Assembly (NCBI GenBank): GCA_038087875.1
Contig: CM075990.1
Coordinates: forward strand, 12,712,001-12,776,000
Reading direction: 5' to 3'
Source: Malacoraja senta
Taxonomy: Eukaryota
DNA: 64,000 bases
Position 1 is the first letter of the stretch; each line of letters begins with the position of its first letter. Under the pieces are notes generated by a model. That model made no database searches, was not told the origin of the DNA, and worked only from the letters and a program-made list of their open reading frames with translations. Positions 25,279 to 37,717 of this stretch are shown here, one piece after another. The position numbers and the translations under genes are program-made.

Positions 25279-26279
25279 CTAGAAAGGGAAAAACAAACAA
25301 TTATTAGCAATTCAGTGGACAAAAAAAGTATCAATATTTGTACAGACCACGTTTCATCTTTATGGCAGCAATCCATACACCTCATTCTCAACTGTAGTTG
25401 TGAATTAGATGGATAAACAACAGAAAGCTACCAAAGCAAATAGACAAAGCAAATAAAGCATAAGATTGACAGAGTTGCTGGTACATCTCATGGCAGAAGA
25501 TTGAATTTGATCCTATAATCCAGACCCTCAGAATAATTTAATTCCAGCACAGTATTATGTGGAGCTGTACTGTCCAGACCCACATAAACATGGCCATAGC
25601 TTGCAAGCGAAAGACTGAACATTTGGATGGTTGCAAGATTATTGCAAGTTACCCCATCTCCTGGCCAATCCGCATTCAACCATATCAGATGAACGATTTG
25701 AATCATTCAACAGCTGCTTAAGGAATCTTTTTTTTTTAAATTAAGACATTATAAATGACACTTCCCATTGACTGCATGCACAATCATTCTGAAGGAATGA
25801 TTTGCAATTTAAATGCAAGCCTTTTCTATGTGAACATTTCATCATATATTGTCTACAGTCATGACAGTCGTGCCAACGGGATAAAATAACATAGTATTTC
25901 CGTGTTATAACACACCGATACCTTGCATAGCACAATTTAGCACGGGATGTTTGCAGGAACAAGAGGATTAATTGAATTAACAATAAAAAAAGGACACAAG
26001 AGACAGAAGCTGTGCTGGGAATCCATCGTGAATTAGACATCCCACCCCCACCCAGAATTACTGCACTAGGCACAAACTGCCACCCTTCCTATCACAACAC
26101 ACCACTTTGCTGGAAACCTACTCTGCTGATGTTCCCTCAGCAAAGAACTGCCCATAGCTCAGTATGAAGATGTTGCCTGTGAAAGTTGCTATTGAGAAAG
26201 CAGCTTAACCGTTTGCTGCCAAGATGTGTTGCTCAGAAGCTGCACTCCAGCCAGATTTTTCCTTGAAAGTGGTGTCATC

Positions 26280-26765
26280 TTGTAGGAAAGATATCAAGCT
26301 GGAAAGGGTTTAGAAGATTTGAGCTTGTTGCCAGGACTCGAGGGCCTGAGCTACAGGGAGAGGTTGAGCAGGCTAGGACCCTATTCTTTGCAATGCAGGA
26401 GGATGAGGGGTGATATTATAGAGGTACACAAAATCATGAGGAATAGATCGGATAAACACACAATGTCTCTCGCCCAGAGTAAGGAAATTGAGAACCAGAA
26501 GACATTGGTTTACAGTGAGGGAGGAATGATTGAATAGGAACCCAAGGGGTAACCTTTGGTTTTACACAAAGGGTGTATGGAACAAACTGTCGAAAGAGGT
26601 AGTTGAAGCAACGTTTAAGAAACATTTAGATAGGTACATGGATAGAATAGGTTTAAAGGGTTATGGGCCAAATGTAGGCAGGCGGGACTAATGTAGAGGA
26701 GACACGTGGGTCACTGTGGGCAAGTTGGGTCAAAGGGCCTGTTTCCACATCGTAAGACTCGATGA
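26280..26765 (+). mobile_element. CR1-type LINE 3' fragment
   Basis: LPGLEGLSYRERLSRLG.YSL..RRMRGDIIEV.KIM, followed by the 3'UTR shared with the other copies. Confidence 0.88.
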
Positions 26766-27059
26766 CTGTTGTCCAGATTTCATGTGCTCCAAAATTATAA
26801 TTGTTAGGTGTTTCGAGATATAGTGAAAAACTTAGTTTTGCATGCCCCATTCACCTCCTGTTAAATGTCAAGATTACAGTGACTCCCTTTCTGTTTTTGG
26901 CCGCACTGCTCTTCCCATGTATGGAAAAACCTCAATGGCCAGCAGCCACCATAAAATGTGTTGCTAGGGGAAAAAATGGGTTGGCAAGGGCTGTACATTT
27001 ATTACAGCATGTAATCATTGTTCCCTGCTGTGAAGATCACTGCCCTCCATACATTATAC

Positions 27060-27153
27060 CTCCTCTACCTCTTCCTCTTCCTGTGAGTCCACCTCTGCCT
27101 CCCCACTGCTGTTGCTGGTACACTTCCTTAGGCTGAGCCAATTTGATTTCCAC
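27060..27153 (-). CDS. hnRNP D/DL/AB-family protein, exon 5 (end of RRM2, Q-rich and RGG)
   Basis: [31 protein letters not shown]; acceptor ttttaaag, donor gtataa, phase 0-1. Confidence 0.94.
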
Positions 27154-27446
27154 CTTTAAAACAAAACACAGTAGCAATTAAAAGTTGTGCTTGTGTTCCA
27201 GAAACAACATGCATTATATGAAAGCTTAGAGCAACTGTGAGGCTTTTAAAATTGGATTCGATATTTATTTATTCTTGTAATTGACAAGGTAATAATATAG
27301 TGTACACACTATCAGCATTTATTAACCAATTCACAGAAAATGAGATTAGTGTAATGTACTAATGGTCTACATGGACATGGTGGGCCAAAGGGCCATTTTG
27401 TGTTGTGAAACGAGGACTCTTAATTACCATTAGAAAATGACCATAC

Positions 27447-27578
27447 CTTGCTCGTTCCCACGTCGTGAAACTTCTTCTCCATAATCGTCTTTACTGGATT
27501 ATCTTCCTTGAATGTGATGAAGCAGAACCCTCTTCTCTTGTTGGTCTTGGTATCCATGGGAAGTTCAATTGATTCAAT
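27447..27578 (-). CDS. hnRNP D/DL/AB-family protein, exon 4 (132 nt, RRM2 RNP1)
   Basis: [48 protein letters not shown], phase 0-0. Confidence 0.96.
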
Positions 27579-27685
27579 CTATGAAATAACAAAACATTTT
27601 TTTCTAAATTGTGTAAACCAACTTTACCGTTCTCTTAACAGTTCTTTCTGACAGCCTTTACATCATTGAGCATGTTGGTCCAAGG

Positions 27686-27817
27686 GTGGAAGATTGCAAC
27701 CTTCACGTGGTCCGCCCTGTTTCGACTAATGCAATCAACTCGACGTGCACAAACGGAAGATCAAATAGAACAAGTTGCCCTACAACTTTAGGCTGTGCAC
27801 GCCACATGAAAGAAGAA
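27686..27817 (+). mobile_element. Short 5'-truncated non-LTR retroelement end with target-site duplication
   Basis: Direct repeat GTCCAAGG at 27678-27685 and 27818-27825, an AAGAAGAAG tail, and CpG-richer sequence than the surrounding intron. Confidence 0.7.
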
Positions 27818-28061
27818 GTCCAAGGCAAACTTTTGGAAATTATTTTCTCTTTCTTACCAAACCCCCAGGAATACCAAAGACCGGGCAACAGTGATCAGCT
27901 AGAAAATGACAAATACAGCCTCTCCTCGATTAAACAAATTATTGGCCTGAAAGTATTTATGTAGATACAGGTTTCCATCCTGGATTAATTTGTGAATGAT
28001 GATACACTTATTACAAAACATATTTACGTACCATTTTGCTGAGGGCAAAGCAAGATCTTAC

Positions 28062-28220
28062 CTCTCCATAGGTTCCGAAGTATTCTCTCACTTTTTCTTC
28101 CGGACAGTCAGGATCCAACCCACCCACAAAGATTTTCTTGATTTGTTCTTTGCCCTTCATAGCCTGTGCTCTCTTGGGGTCAATAACTCTTCCATCAAGT
28201 TTGTGTTCCTTATTTAATAC
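28062..28220 (-). CDS. hnRNP D/DL/AB-family protein, exon 3 (159 nt, RRM1 end and RRM2 RNP2)
   Basis: [53 protein letters not shown]; acceptor gttcag, donor gtaaga. Confidence 0.96.
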
Positions 28221-31200
28221 CTGAACATTAAAACAAAATACTGATTTATAATGCTTTTGTTGAATTAATGTAATGATCACGTGCAAGTGATTTTATTTAA
28301 ACAAGCAAAATTAAATTAATATGCATGTAAATTCTGTAGGTTCTAAAATCCCTGGTTAAGTACTTTTTGAAAAAGTGATAATAGCTTAATTCAGAATTTA
28401 TCCTCCATCTCCCAAATCTCTTACTCTGTTCCAACAACCACCTTAAATACATGAAACAGTTGGAGCAGGCCACTCAGCCCCTTATACTACTCCAAGAGAT
28501 CATGGCCGATCACAAACATAGTCCCCGAGCCCTCGCTGCCCTCTCAAATAGAGAATTTCAAAGATTCACTTCCCTCTCTATAAAGAAATTTCTCGTGTCC
28601 CATTTGGAGACCATAGCTCCTGATTCTGAACAGTTACAGGAAACATCGACTCCACATCTACCCCCCAGGGCAGCTCTCATTCTGCTAAAACGTTAGAGTG
28701 CTTTTATTCTGGAAACTCGTCCTTTCTATTCCTCCATGTAAAATATATCCTTCCTAACATGGGAAATAAATTTGTACACAATATTCATGACATGGAGTCA
28801 CCAGGAATTTAATTGCATGGTATTTCTGCTCTTTTACTTAAAACTCTCTTGCAATGAAAAACAAGGTATAATTTGACTTCCAAATTTCTTGTGCACCCAA
28901 ATTTTAAATGTCAGCAATACAAAGGAATTCAGTGAAATAATTAACAATGTTGTACTACAAACTGTCTAATATAAGCAGCATTAGAGAAAACAATTAACCT
29001 ATGTTGAGGGGGAAATCAGTGCAAGCATTATCACCATTTAACTAGTGGTTTCTGATTGTATTCCAATTTTCAAGCTGAACTCCATGATGAAAGGTTCCCC
29101 ACTATACAAGTGTTTGTCACTGTGCCTTTATTTCATTCAGATCTTGGATCATTTGTAAATCCCACATATTATTTCACATTTTAAAATCGCATATACCAAA
29201 CTTTAAAATGTTTTTTTTTTTAAATTAAGGATGGAATTCATCTGCGTTTCAGTGCATCAGGCCTTGCATTTGTTTGAAGATTTCATTCTTAGTGCTAGCC
29301 TCAGCCCCTCCTGGCATCAAATATCTATGCCAACCTGTCAAAGGCCGAAATACAGATGTGTGATTTATATGGGAACAAGGATATGGACATTTATACTTCC
29401 CTGTTTCTCATCACCAAGTTTAAATCCTAAAATGTTTGAACCAACAGACAAGGAGCCACAAGAGACTGCAGATGCTGGAATTGTGAGTAAAAGCAAACTG
29501 CTAGAAGAACAGGCAGGCAGCAATGTTTCAGTGAAACTTTGTTTGTCCATGTTCCTCCACCAATGTCTTGTCTCAGAGTTCCTCCAGCAGTTTATTTTTT
29601 GTCAACAGACCGGGAGCATCTTCTCAGAAGCAGTAAATCATTCCAAGATATTAATTTATCACAAGCCTTCATGGGTAATCAATGTGCTAAAGCCAGCACT
29701 GTCAAAATACCCAAATACCTCAAGACATTTATCAGAAGAACCTTGATATTATTGATCAGGGGCAACTTTACCAATACTTTATTGATGAGCCACACATTAG
29801 TTCATTCCACCAAAAACTGTTATAAGGTAGTGCTTTGGCAACTAAAGATATAGAAACTGTCCTTGATACAGCGTATTGACCTGAAATATCAAACATCCAT
29901 TTACATCCACAGATGCTGATTGACCTGCCAAGATCACCGAGCAGTTTTTTTGCTCCAGATTTCAGTATCTGCATCCTCTTGTGGCTCCTTGTATCCAGAT
30001 TTTCTGAAATATGACACTCAGTTCCATCAGTTATTCATAGATTATAACCACAACTCCAGTATTGATGATTTACATTTTGCCAACTTGAGGAACGACCCAT
30101 TTGTCACGACCTCTATTTGTTAACCAATCTTTCAGCAATATTCAATCCTAAAGTCCTTATCTTGTGGCACCTTGTCATGCATAGAGAAAATTATAATACA
30201 GGTACAGCAACGGAATATTGACCTTTATTGCAGAGGATGGAGTAGATAAAGAATCAATATTTTACACAGATACATTCTTAGGTTACCCTTTACCTAACCT
30301 TCTGGTTAGATCTTCAAAAATAACTAATTTGTTAATCACAATATCTTTTTCATAAAACACTACGTCCTCTGTTAGCACTTAATTTTATCCAAGTTACTTA
30401 ATATAAAATGCAAGAAAACTTGTAAGTTGCATATACCTGTGTCTAAAATGCAAAAGGAACCTCGTCACAAGATGAATGTGAAAGAGACCAAATTCTAAAC
30501 AGTTACATTACTAAATACCCAAATTAAATGGTAGAAAACAATTTAACAGCTACTTCTGAAGTCATCCTATTTACCCAATAGTGGATAAAATGCAGAAAGC
30601 AGACTAGGTGCACATTAGCATTTGCCCAAAACATTTTTTTCCCACAATGAACTATCACCCTCCCAATTAACAAGAGGTACACCTATCCTAGTATCATTTC
30701 AATGCTCAATTCACAACCCAAAGCAAAATGCACCATGGTGTCCAACGCCTTGGGATAAGTGAATGTTTCCTTGTGATTCAATGGCGATAATGGGTCACTT
30801 GAAAGAGCACTTCATGAAGCCCCTCAACCATTTTGACCTCAACAATATATTTAAGTACCTTGCTGTGATCTGCACACTGCATAACACATCCTAATATTTG
30901 CTATAAAATGTGTAATATTTAGCTATCAAAATGAAAGCATATACTTGGGATTATAATCTGTTGTTTTAGCAAAGCCTTCCTTCACTGTATTCAACTGATT
31001 TTCCTTCATGTTTTACACCCCTTCCACAGGGAAACAGCCATGTTAAAACAGAATCAAGTTCAAATACTGGCTGTTGCAGTTTGTCAACATGTCAAAATCA
31101 TGATGGTATATTGAAGAAACTTCAAAACGCAAATACTTTAAGTTTGCTGTTGAAAAGGTCTGCAGGACAAAACTGCATTGCAATAGTTCCTTTACTTTCC

Positions 31201-31639
31201 TGGTCACCTCCACAATTCAAGTCAAGCATTGATAATTTCAGCTGCCAAGACCACTTAAATGTATAGCTCTCAGACAGCACTTCCAGATTTCTGCCATTTT
31301 CAAAATATTATTTTCTTCTGTCGATCTCCGATATCTTGCTCCAGAGAAGAGCTCTTGATCCCAGACCTCTTCCATTGTCCTCCCAAATAAAATTGCGACA
31401 CTTGTTGTAATAAGACCCTTAGACAAAGTTACAATGTCAATTTTTCCCAGCCCTAACTGACGACACAAATGCAATCTAGATCAGCACATGAAGATGTGCA
31501 GCAGCATCAATTCAAACCAGTAACTTCAATGCCAGCATACTTATATGTAAAATCCTTGTATCATTCCCCCTAGTCAACGCATCACCCAGTTATCAACTCA
31601 CTATTTAAACTGGCTTCAATGTGTGACAACACCAAAAGG

Positions 31640-34600
31640 AATGGTATAGCAGCGATATAGCACAGGTGGGCAGGAAAGAGAGTGGGAGAGCTCTAGTGAT
31701 AGGGGATTCCATGTAACGGGAATCGATAGGCGTTTCTGCGATCGCAAAAGAGACTCCGTGATGGTATTTTGCCTCGCTGGTGCAAGGGTCAAGGATGACT
31801 CGGAGCGGCTGCAAGGCATTCTTGGAGGAGGAGGGCGAACAGCAAGTTTTAGGTGGGCACGTAGGTACCAGCGGCATAGGTAGAAAACGGGATGAGGTCT
31901 TACAAAGCGAATTTAGGGAGTTAGGAAGTAAATTAAAAAGTAGGATCCCAAAAGAGTCAAGAGTGTTTTATTGTCATATGTCCCGGATGGGACAAGGAAA
32001 TTCTTACTTGCTGCAGCACAACAGAATATGTGAATATGCAAACATTGTATATAACGGGGGGGGGAAAGAAAAAGTTCAATAAATGAAAAAAAATAGTGGT
32101 TACCAAATAATAATATACTTTTGCAATTCAGAGCTCATAGCTTATTCGTTGTGTTTAATAGCCTGATGGCTGTGGGGAAGTAGCTGTTCCTGAACCTGGA
32201 CGTTAGTATTCAGGCTCCTGTACCTTCTTCCTGATGGCAGTGGTGAGATAAGTGTGTGGCCAGGATGGTGTGGGTCCTTAATGATTTTGGCTGCCTTTGA
32301 GGCAGCAACTACGATAGATTCCTTCGATGGTGGGAAGATCAAAGCCGGTGATGGACTGCGCAGTGGTCACAACCTTTTGTAGTCTTTTTCGCTCCTGGAC
32401 ATTCAAGTTGCCGAATCAGGCCATGATGCAACCAGTCAGAATGCTCTCTACCGTGCACCTGTAGAAGTTTAGGAGAATCCTCTTCGACATGCCGAATCTC
32501 CGTAATCTTCTCAGGAAGTAGAGTCGCTGATGTGCCTTCTTTACAATTGCATCGGTGTGCTGGGTCCAGGAAAGATCTTCTAATATATGCACGCCCAGGA
32601 ATTTGAAGTTATAGACCCTCTCCACCATCGTCCCGTAGATATAAACAGGATTGTGGGTCCTCATCCTTCCCCTACTAAAGTCCACAATCAGTTCCTTGGT
32701 CTTACTGATGTTGAGAGCCAGGTTGTTGTGCTTGCACCATTTGGTCATCTTTGGATTACTACCAGTGCCACGTGCTAGTAAGAGTAGAAATTACAGGATA
32801 TTTCAGATCAATCCATGGCTTGAGAGATGGTGCAAGGAGGTGGGATTCATATTCCAGGGCATTGGAACCGGTTCTGGGAGAGGTGGGACCAGTACACCTC
32901 GGCTGGACTGGAACCAATGTCCTCAGGGGAGTGTTTGTTAGTGCTGTTGGGAAGTAATTAGTTTAAACTAATATGGCAGGGAATATGGGATCCAATGCAG
33001 GGAGACAGAGGGCTGTAAAATGAGGGCAGAATCTAAAGGTAGAAGGGAGAAAAGTAGAAGTGGAAGGTCTAAGAATATTAAAATAAACCTGAAAGCTTTG
33101 TGCCTTAATGCGAGGAGCATTCGTAATAAGGTGGATGAATTTAATGTGGTTAGTTGTTAATGGATATGCTATAGTTGGGATTATGGAGACATGGCTCCAG
33201 GGTGACCAAGGCTGGGAGCTCAACATGCAGGGAATTCAATATTCAGGAAGAATAGACAAAGGAAGAGGAGGTGGGGTGGTATAGCTGGTTAAAGAGGATA
33301 TTAATGCAATAGTAAGGAGTAACATTAGCTTGGATGCTGTAGAATATGTATGGGTGGAACTGCGAAATAGCAAAGGGCAGAAAACGCTTGTTGGAGTTGT
33401 GTACAGACCACCAAACAGCAGTAGTGAAGTTGGGGGTATTAGGAAATTAGGGATGCGTGTAGCAAAGGTATAGCAGTTATCATAAGTGACTTTAATCTAC
33501 GTATAGATTGGACTAACCAAATTGGTAACAACACGGAGGATTTCTTGGAATGTATACGGGATGGTTTTCTAAGTCAATATGTAGAGGAACCAACTAGAGG
33601 GCATGCCATCCTAGACTGGGTATTGTGCAATGGGGAAGGATCAGTTAGCAATCTTGTAGTGCAAAGCCCCTTGGGCAACAGTGACCATAATATTGTAGAA
33701 TTCTGCATTAAGATGGAGAGCGACACAGTTAATTCAGAGACATGGGCCCTGAACGTAAAGAAAGGTAACTTTGATGGCATGAGATGGAAATTTGCTAGGA
33801 TAGACTTAAGGTTGACAGTGGATATGCAATGGCAAAGATTTAAAGATTGCATGGATGAATTATAACAATTGTTCAAACTTGTCTGGCATAAAAATAAAAC
33901 AGGGAAGGCGGCTCAACCGTGGCTAACGAAGGAAATTAGGGATAGCGTTAAATCCAAGGAAGAGGCATATAAATTGGCCAGAGGAACCAGCAAACCAGAG
34001 GACTGGGAGAAACTTAGAATTCAAGAGGAGGACAAAGGGGTTAATTAAGATACGGAAAATAGAGCATGAAAGAAAGCTTGTGGGGAATAAAAACTGACTG
34101 AAAGCTTCTATAGATATGATACGAGGAAAAGATTAGTGAGGAAAAATGTAGGTCCCTTACAGTCAGAAACAGGTGAATTTATAATGGGAAACAGGGAAAT
34201 GGCAGAGAGATACTTTGGTTTTGTCTTCACTAAGAAAGACAAACAATCTCTCAGAAATACTAATGGACCGAGGATCTAATGGGAGGGAGGAACTGAAGGG
34301 AATCCATGTTAGTCAGAAAATGGTTTTAGGTAAACTGTTGGGACTGAAGGCAGATAAATCCCCAGGGCCTGATGGTCTGCATCCCAGAGTACTCAAGGAG
34401 ATGGCCCTAGAAATCGTTGATGCATTAGTGATCATTTTCCAAAGTTCTATAGACTGAGGATCAGTTCCTGTGGACTGGAGGGTAGCTAATGTAACCCCAC
34501 TTTTTAAGAAAGGAGTGAAAGAGAAAAGAGGGAATTATAGACCAGTTAGACTGATATCGGTTGTAGGGAAGATGCTCGAGTCAATTATTAAATATGTAAT

Positions 34601-35890
34601 AGCAGCGCATTTGGAAAGCAGTGACAGGATCGGTCAAAGTCAGCATGGATTTATGAAGGGGAAACCATGCTCGACTAATCTTCTGGAATTTTTTTGAGGA
34701 TGTAACATGTAGAATGGATAAGGGAGACCCAGTGGATGTGGTGTATCTGGATTTTCAAAAAGAATTTGACAAGGTCCCACACAAGAGATTAGTGTGCAAA
34801 ATTAGATCATATGGTATTGGGGGTAGGGGATTGACATGGTTGGCAGACAGGAAGCAAAGAGTAGGAATTAACGGGTCGTTTGAAAAATGGCAGGCAGTGA
34901 CTAGTGGGGTGCCGCAACACTCAGTGCTGGGACCCCAGTTATTTACAATATATATTAACAATTTAGACAAAGGAGTTAAATGTAACACTTCCAAGTTAGC
35001 GAATGACACAAAGCTGGGTGGCGGGGTGAGCTACAACGAGGCTGCAGGGTGACTTGGATAGGTTGGGTGAGTATAATGTGGATAAATGTGAGGTTATCCA
35101 CTTTGGTGACAAGAACAAGGCTGCAGATTATTATCTGAACGGTGTCAGATTTGGAAAAGGGGAGGTGCAATTAGACTTGCGTGTGTCCTTGTACATCAGT
35201 CACTGAAAGTAAACATGCAGGTACAGCAGGCAGTGAAGAAAGCAAATGGCATGTTGGCCTTTATAGCGAGATAATTTGAGTATAGGAGCCAGGAGTTCCT
35301 ACTGTAGTTGTACAGGGCCCAGGCAAGACCACACCTGGATTGTGTGCAGTTTTGGTCTCCTAATTTGAGGAAGGACATTCTTGCTATTGAGGGAGCGCTG
35401 CGTAGGTTCACCAGATTAATTCCCAGGATGGCGGGACTGACGTATGATGAAGGAATGGATCAACTGGGCTTATATTCACTGGAATTTAGATGGATGAGAG
35501 GGGATCTTATAGAAACATATACAATTCTTAAGGGATTGGACAGGCTAGATGCAGGAAAAATGTTCCCCGTGTTGGGGGAGTCCAGAACCAGGGGTCACAG
35601 TGTAAGAATAATGGGTAGGCCTTTTAGGACTGGGATGAGGAAAAATGTTTTCATCCTGATAGTTGTGAATCTATGGAATTCTCTGCCACAGAAGGCAGTG
35701 GAGGCCATTTCACTGGATGTTTAACAGACAGTTTGATATAGCTCTTAGGGCTAATGGAATCAAGGGATATGGGGAGAAGGCAGGAACGGAGTACTGATTT
35801 TGAATGATCCGCCATGATCATATTGAATGGCGGTGCTGGCTTGCAGGGCCGAATGGCCTACTCCTGCACCTATTTTCTATGTCTATGTTT
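31640..35890 (+). mobile_element. Near-full-length CR1-type LINE (esterase-type ORF1 remnant, APE endonuclease, RT), decayed, antisense in hnRNP intron 2
   Basis: ORF1-like LVIGDS / HVGT..IGRKRDEVLQSEFRELG; endonuclease-like CLNARSIRNK and SDHNIVEF; RT-like KSPGPDGLHPRVLKE, QHGFMKGK, YLDFQK.FDKVPH and SGVPQ.SVLGP; CTAT-repeat tail near 35875-35890. Confidence 0.93.
31955..32745 (-). mobile_element. Rex1/Babar-like LINE 3' fragment nested in the CR1 ORF1
   Basis: WCKHNNLALNISKTKELIVDF...FKFLGVHI...KKAHQRLYFLRRLRRFG...FYRCTVESILTGCI; AAGAGT-type repeat tail near 31952-31964; CR1 sequence resumes at about 32745. Confidence 0.85.
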
Positions 35891-37548
35891 AAAACAAATA
35901 TCGTGTGTATTAATCAGAAATGGCATCTTTATACTCTCAAGCAGAGATGGTTGATAGCCCAACTGAAGAATTCACAATGAAGGAAATCAATATTGTCCAT
36001 AGAGAGAAACTAGATTCCTAAAAGTAGCCTAAAGTAGAAATTAGCCAACGAGAAACAAATAAAAAATTGACATGCAAAGATTAATACAAATCTTCCCAAG
36101 ATTGTGGAATACCAAGTCAACCCACAATTTTAACAAAAAATAAATTTGAATGTACTTTTAAACATATTACAATAGCTACTTCAGGACACCCTCTTCCCAT
36201 TAGACAAATGTTTAATGTTTAAGTGTTGGATAATGTCATTTAAACACACTATGTTGCAACACAAATTCCACACAAACCTCAACCCAATGCACACTGGATT
36301 CTTTGTTTCCCCAAATTTAAAATGCAAAATTTAGTCAGGTCTGGTCCGTAATCTAATCAAGCAGGAGCCTATTTTACCAAGTATTATTTCTACCCTAACC
36401 CCATCTACCGAGTCCGTGGGACTAGAACCTTTCAATTTCCAAAAATGAAATTTTCAAGCTGAACCACCTAAATGTTCTTTGTACTACTTCAGGGTACTTT
36501 TTTCCCCCTTTTAAATGAACACATGCAATTGAGAGAGTAGTATGAGATATTTTTTTAACATTTATTCACAACTATAATACTTAATTAGCATGCCAGTGAA
36601 ATATAACCATTGCATTTCCAAAAAAAAAATCTCCTAGGGCCACAGAAACACAATTGCAGTTTCTATTCAATTTTTATTGTGGTCTGTGGGGTGTTCAAAG
36701 TTCAATGAATGCAGGAGAATCATAAAAAGACAACAAGAGCGCTTTTAACAATCGCTGAACAAACTGACGGAGTCCAATGAGAAACACCAAATGGGATCTG
36801 AGGAATCCACTGGGTGATTGTGACATGAACATGTGCCCAATATATCTCCCTGATATATTCAGTATTCAATTAAATGAAGCAGAATTTGTGTCTGAAAATG
36901 CAAACTTGTGGTCAAACGGTTGTGGATTCAGGTTCTACTGGGATGTGTGCACATGACTGGAGCACCGAGAAAGTGCGGCTTGTTGAAGGAGTTATTTGCC
37001 AGATAAGACATTTTTATCTGACTTTAAGTAGATAATGGAAATGGTGTAATTGCCATCAGAAGCAAGTTCTCTATGTCTTGCAGTTACTTCTCTCAAGAAC
37101 AAAAAACTTTAAAATAATTCATCTTATTATTCATTATACTCTGCGTACACCAATACAGAAGCTGCATTTGTCCAAAAAAAATAAACACACAAATACTTTG
37201 GATGTTCAGTCATATAATGGCAGTATATGAATGTAAATTTTATACTTGTAAAATTTGCAGTTCAACTTCACCCTACAGGAAGATGTGGTAAACAGATGGT
37301 GCAAATTAAAATGATATGCTCAAATGATTTGGGCAAACACCCAGGAACAGATCACTCATTTGTCATCCTGGTGGAAGAATGGAGTTAGTATCGGTAGATC
37401 TAAAGAAAGGAGCACAAGTAAAATGGAAACCAAAATACCCTGCTGTTCAACCTTATGCAGTATCAGAGTTGAATTGTTTTAAGAAGTTAGGTTTCCTCAT
37501 TTAACCTGAATGAAGTCAGGTTAAAACCAGGTGAATACCAAATCCTAC

Positions 37549-37717
37549 CTTTTCTACACTTTCAGGATCCTTGAAGAGGATAAACCCAAATCCTCGCGAA
37601 CGCCCAGTCACAGGATCCATTTTGATTACGCAGTCTACAATGTCTCCATATTTAGAAAAGTAGTCCCTTAAATCTTTCTTGCTTGTTTCCCAGCTGAGTC
37701 CACCAACAAACATCTTC
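37549..37717 (-). CDS. hnRNP D/DL/AB-family protein, exon 2 (169 nt, RRM1)
   Basis: [59 protein letters not shown]2 and RNP1 motifs; phase 2-0. Confidence 0.97.

Noticed and set aside
24851..25282. 143-aa plus-strand ORF with a hydrophobic Ile/Val-rich tail
   Set aside because: Antisense shadow of the Tyr/Gly/Asn codons of hnRNP exon 6.
29231..29853. 171-aa and 104-aa plus-strand ORFs in hnRNP intron 2
   Set aside because: Composition is not protein-like and they overlap degraded repeat ends.
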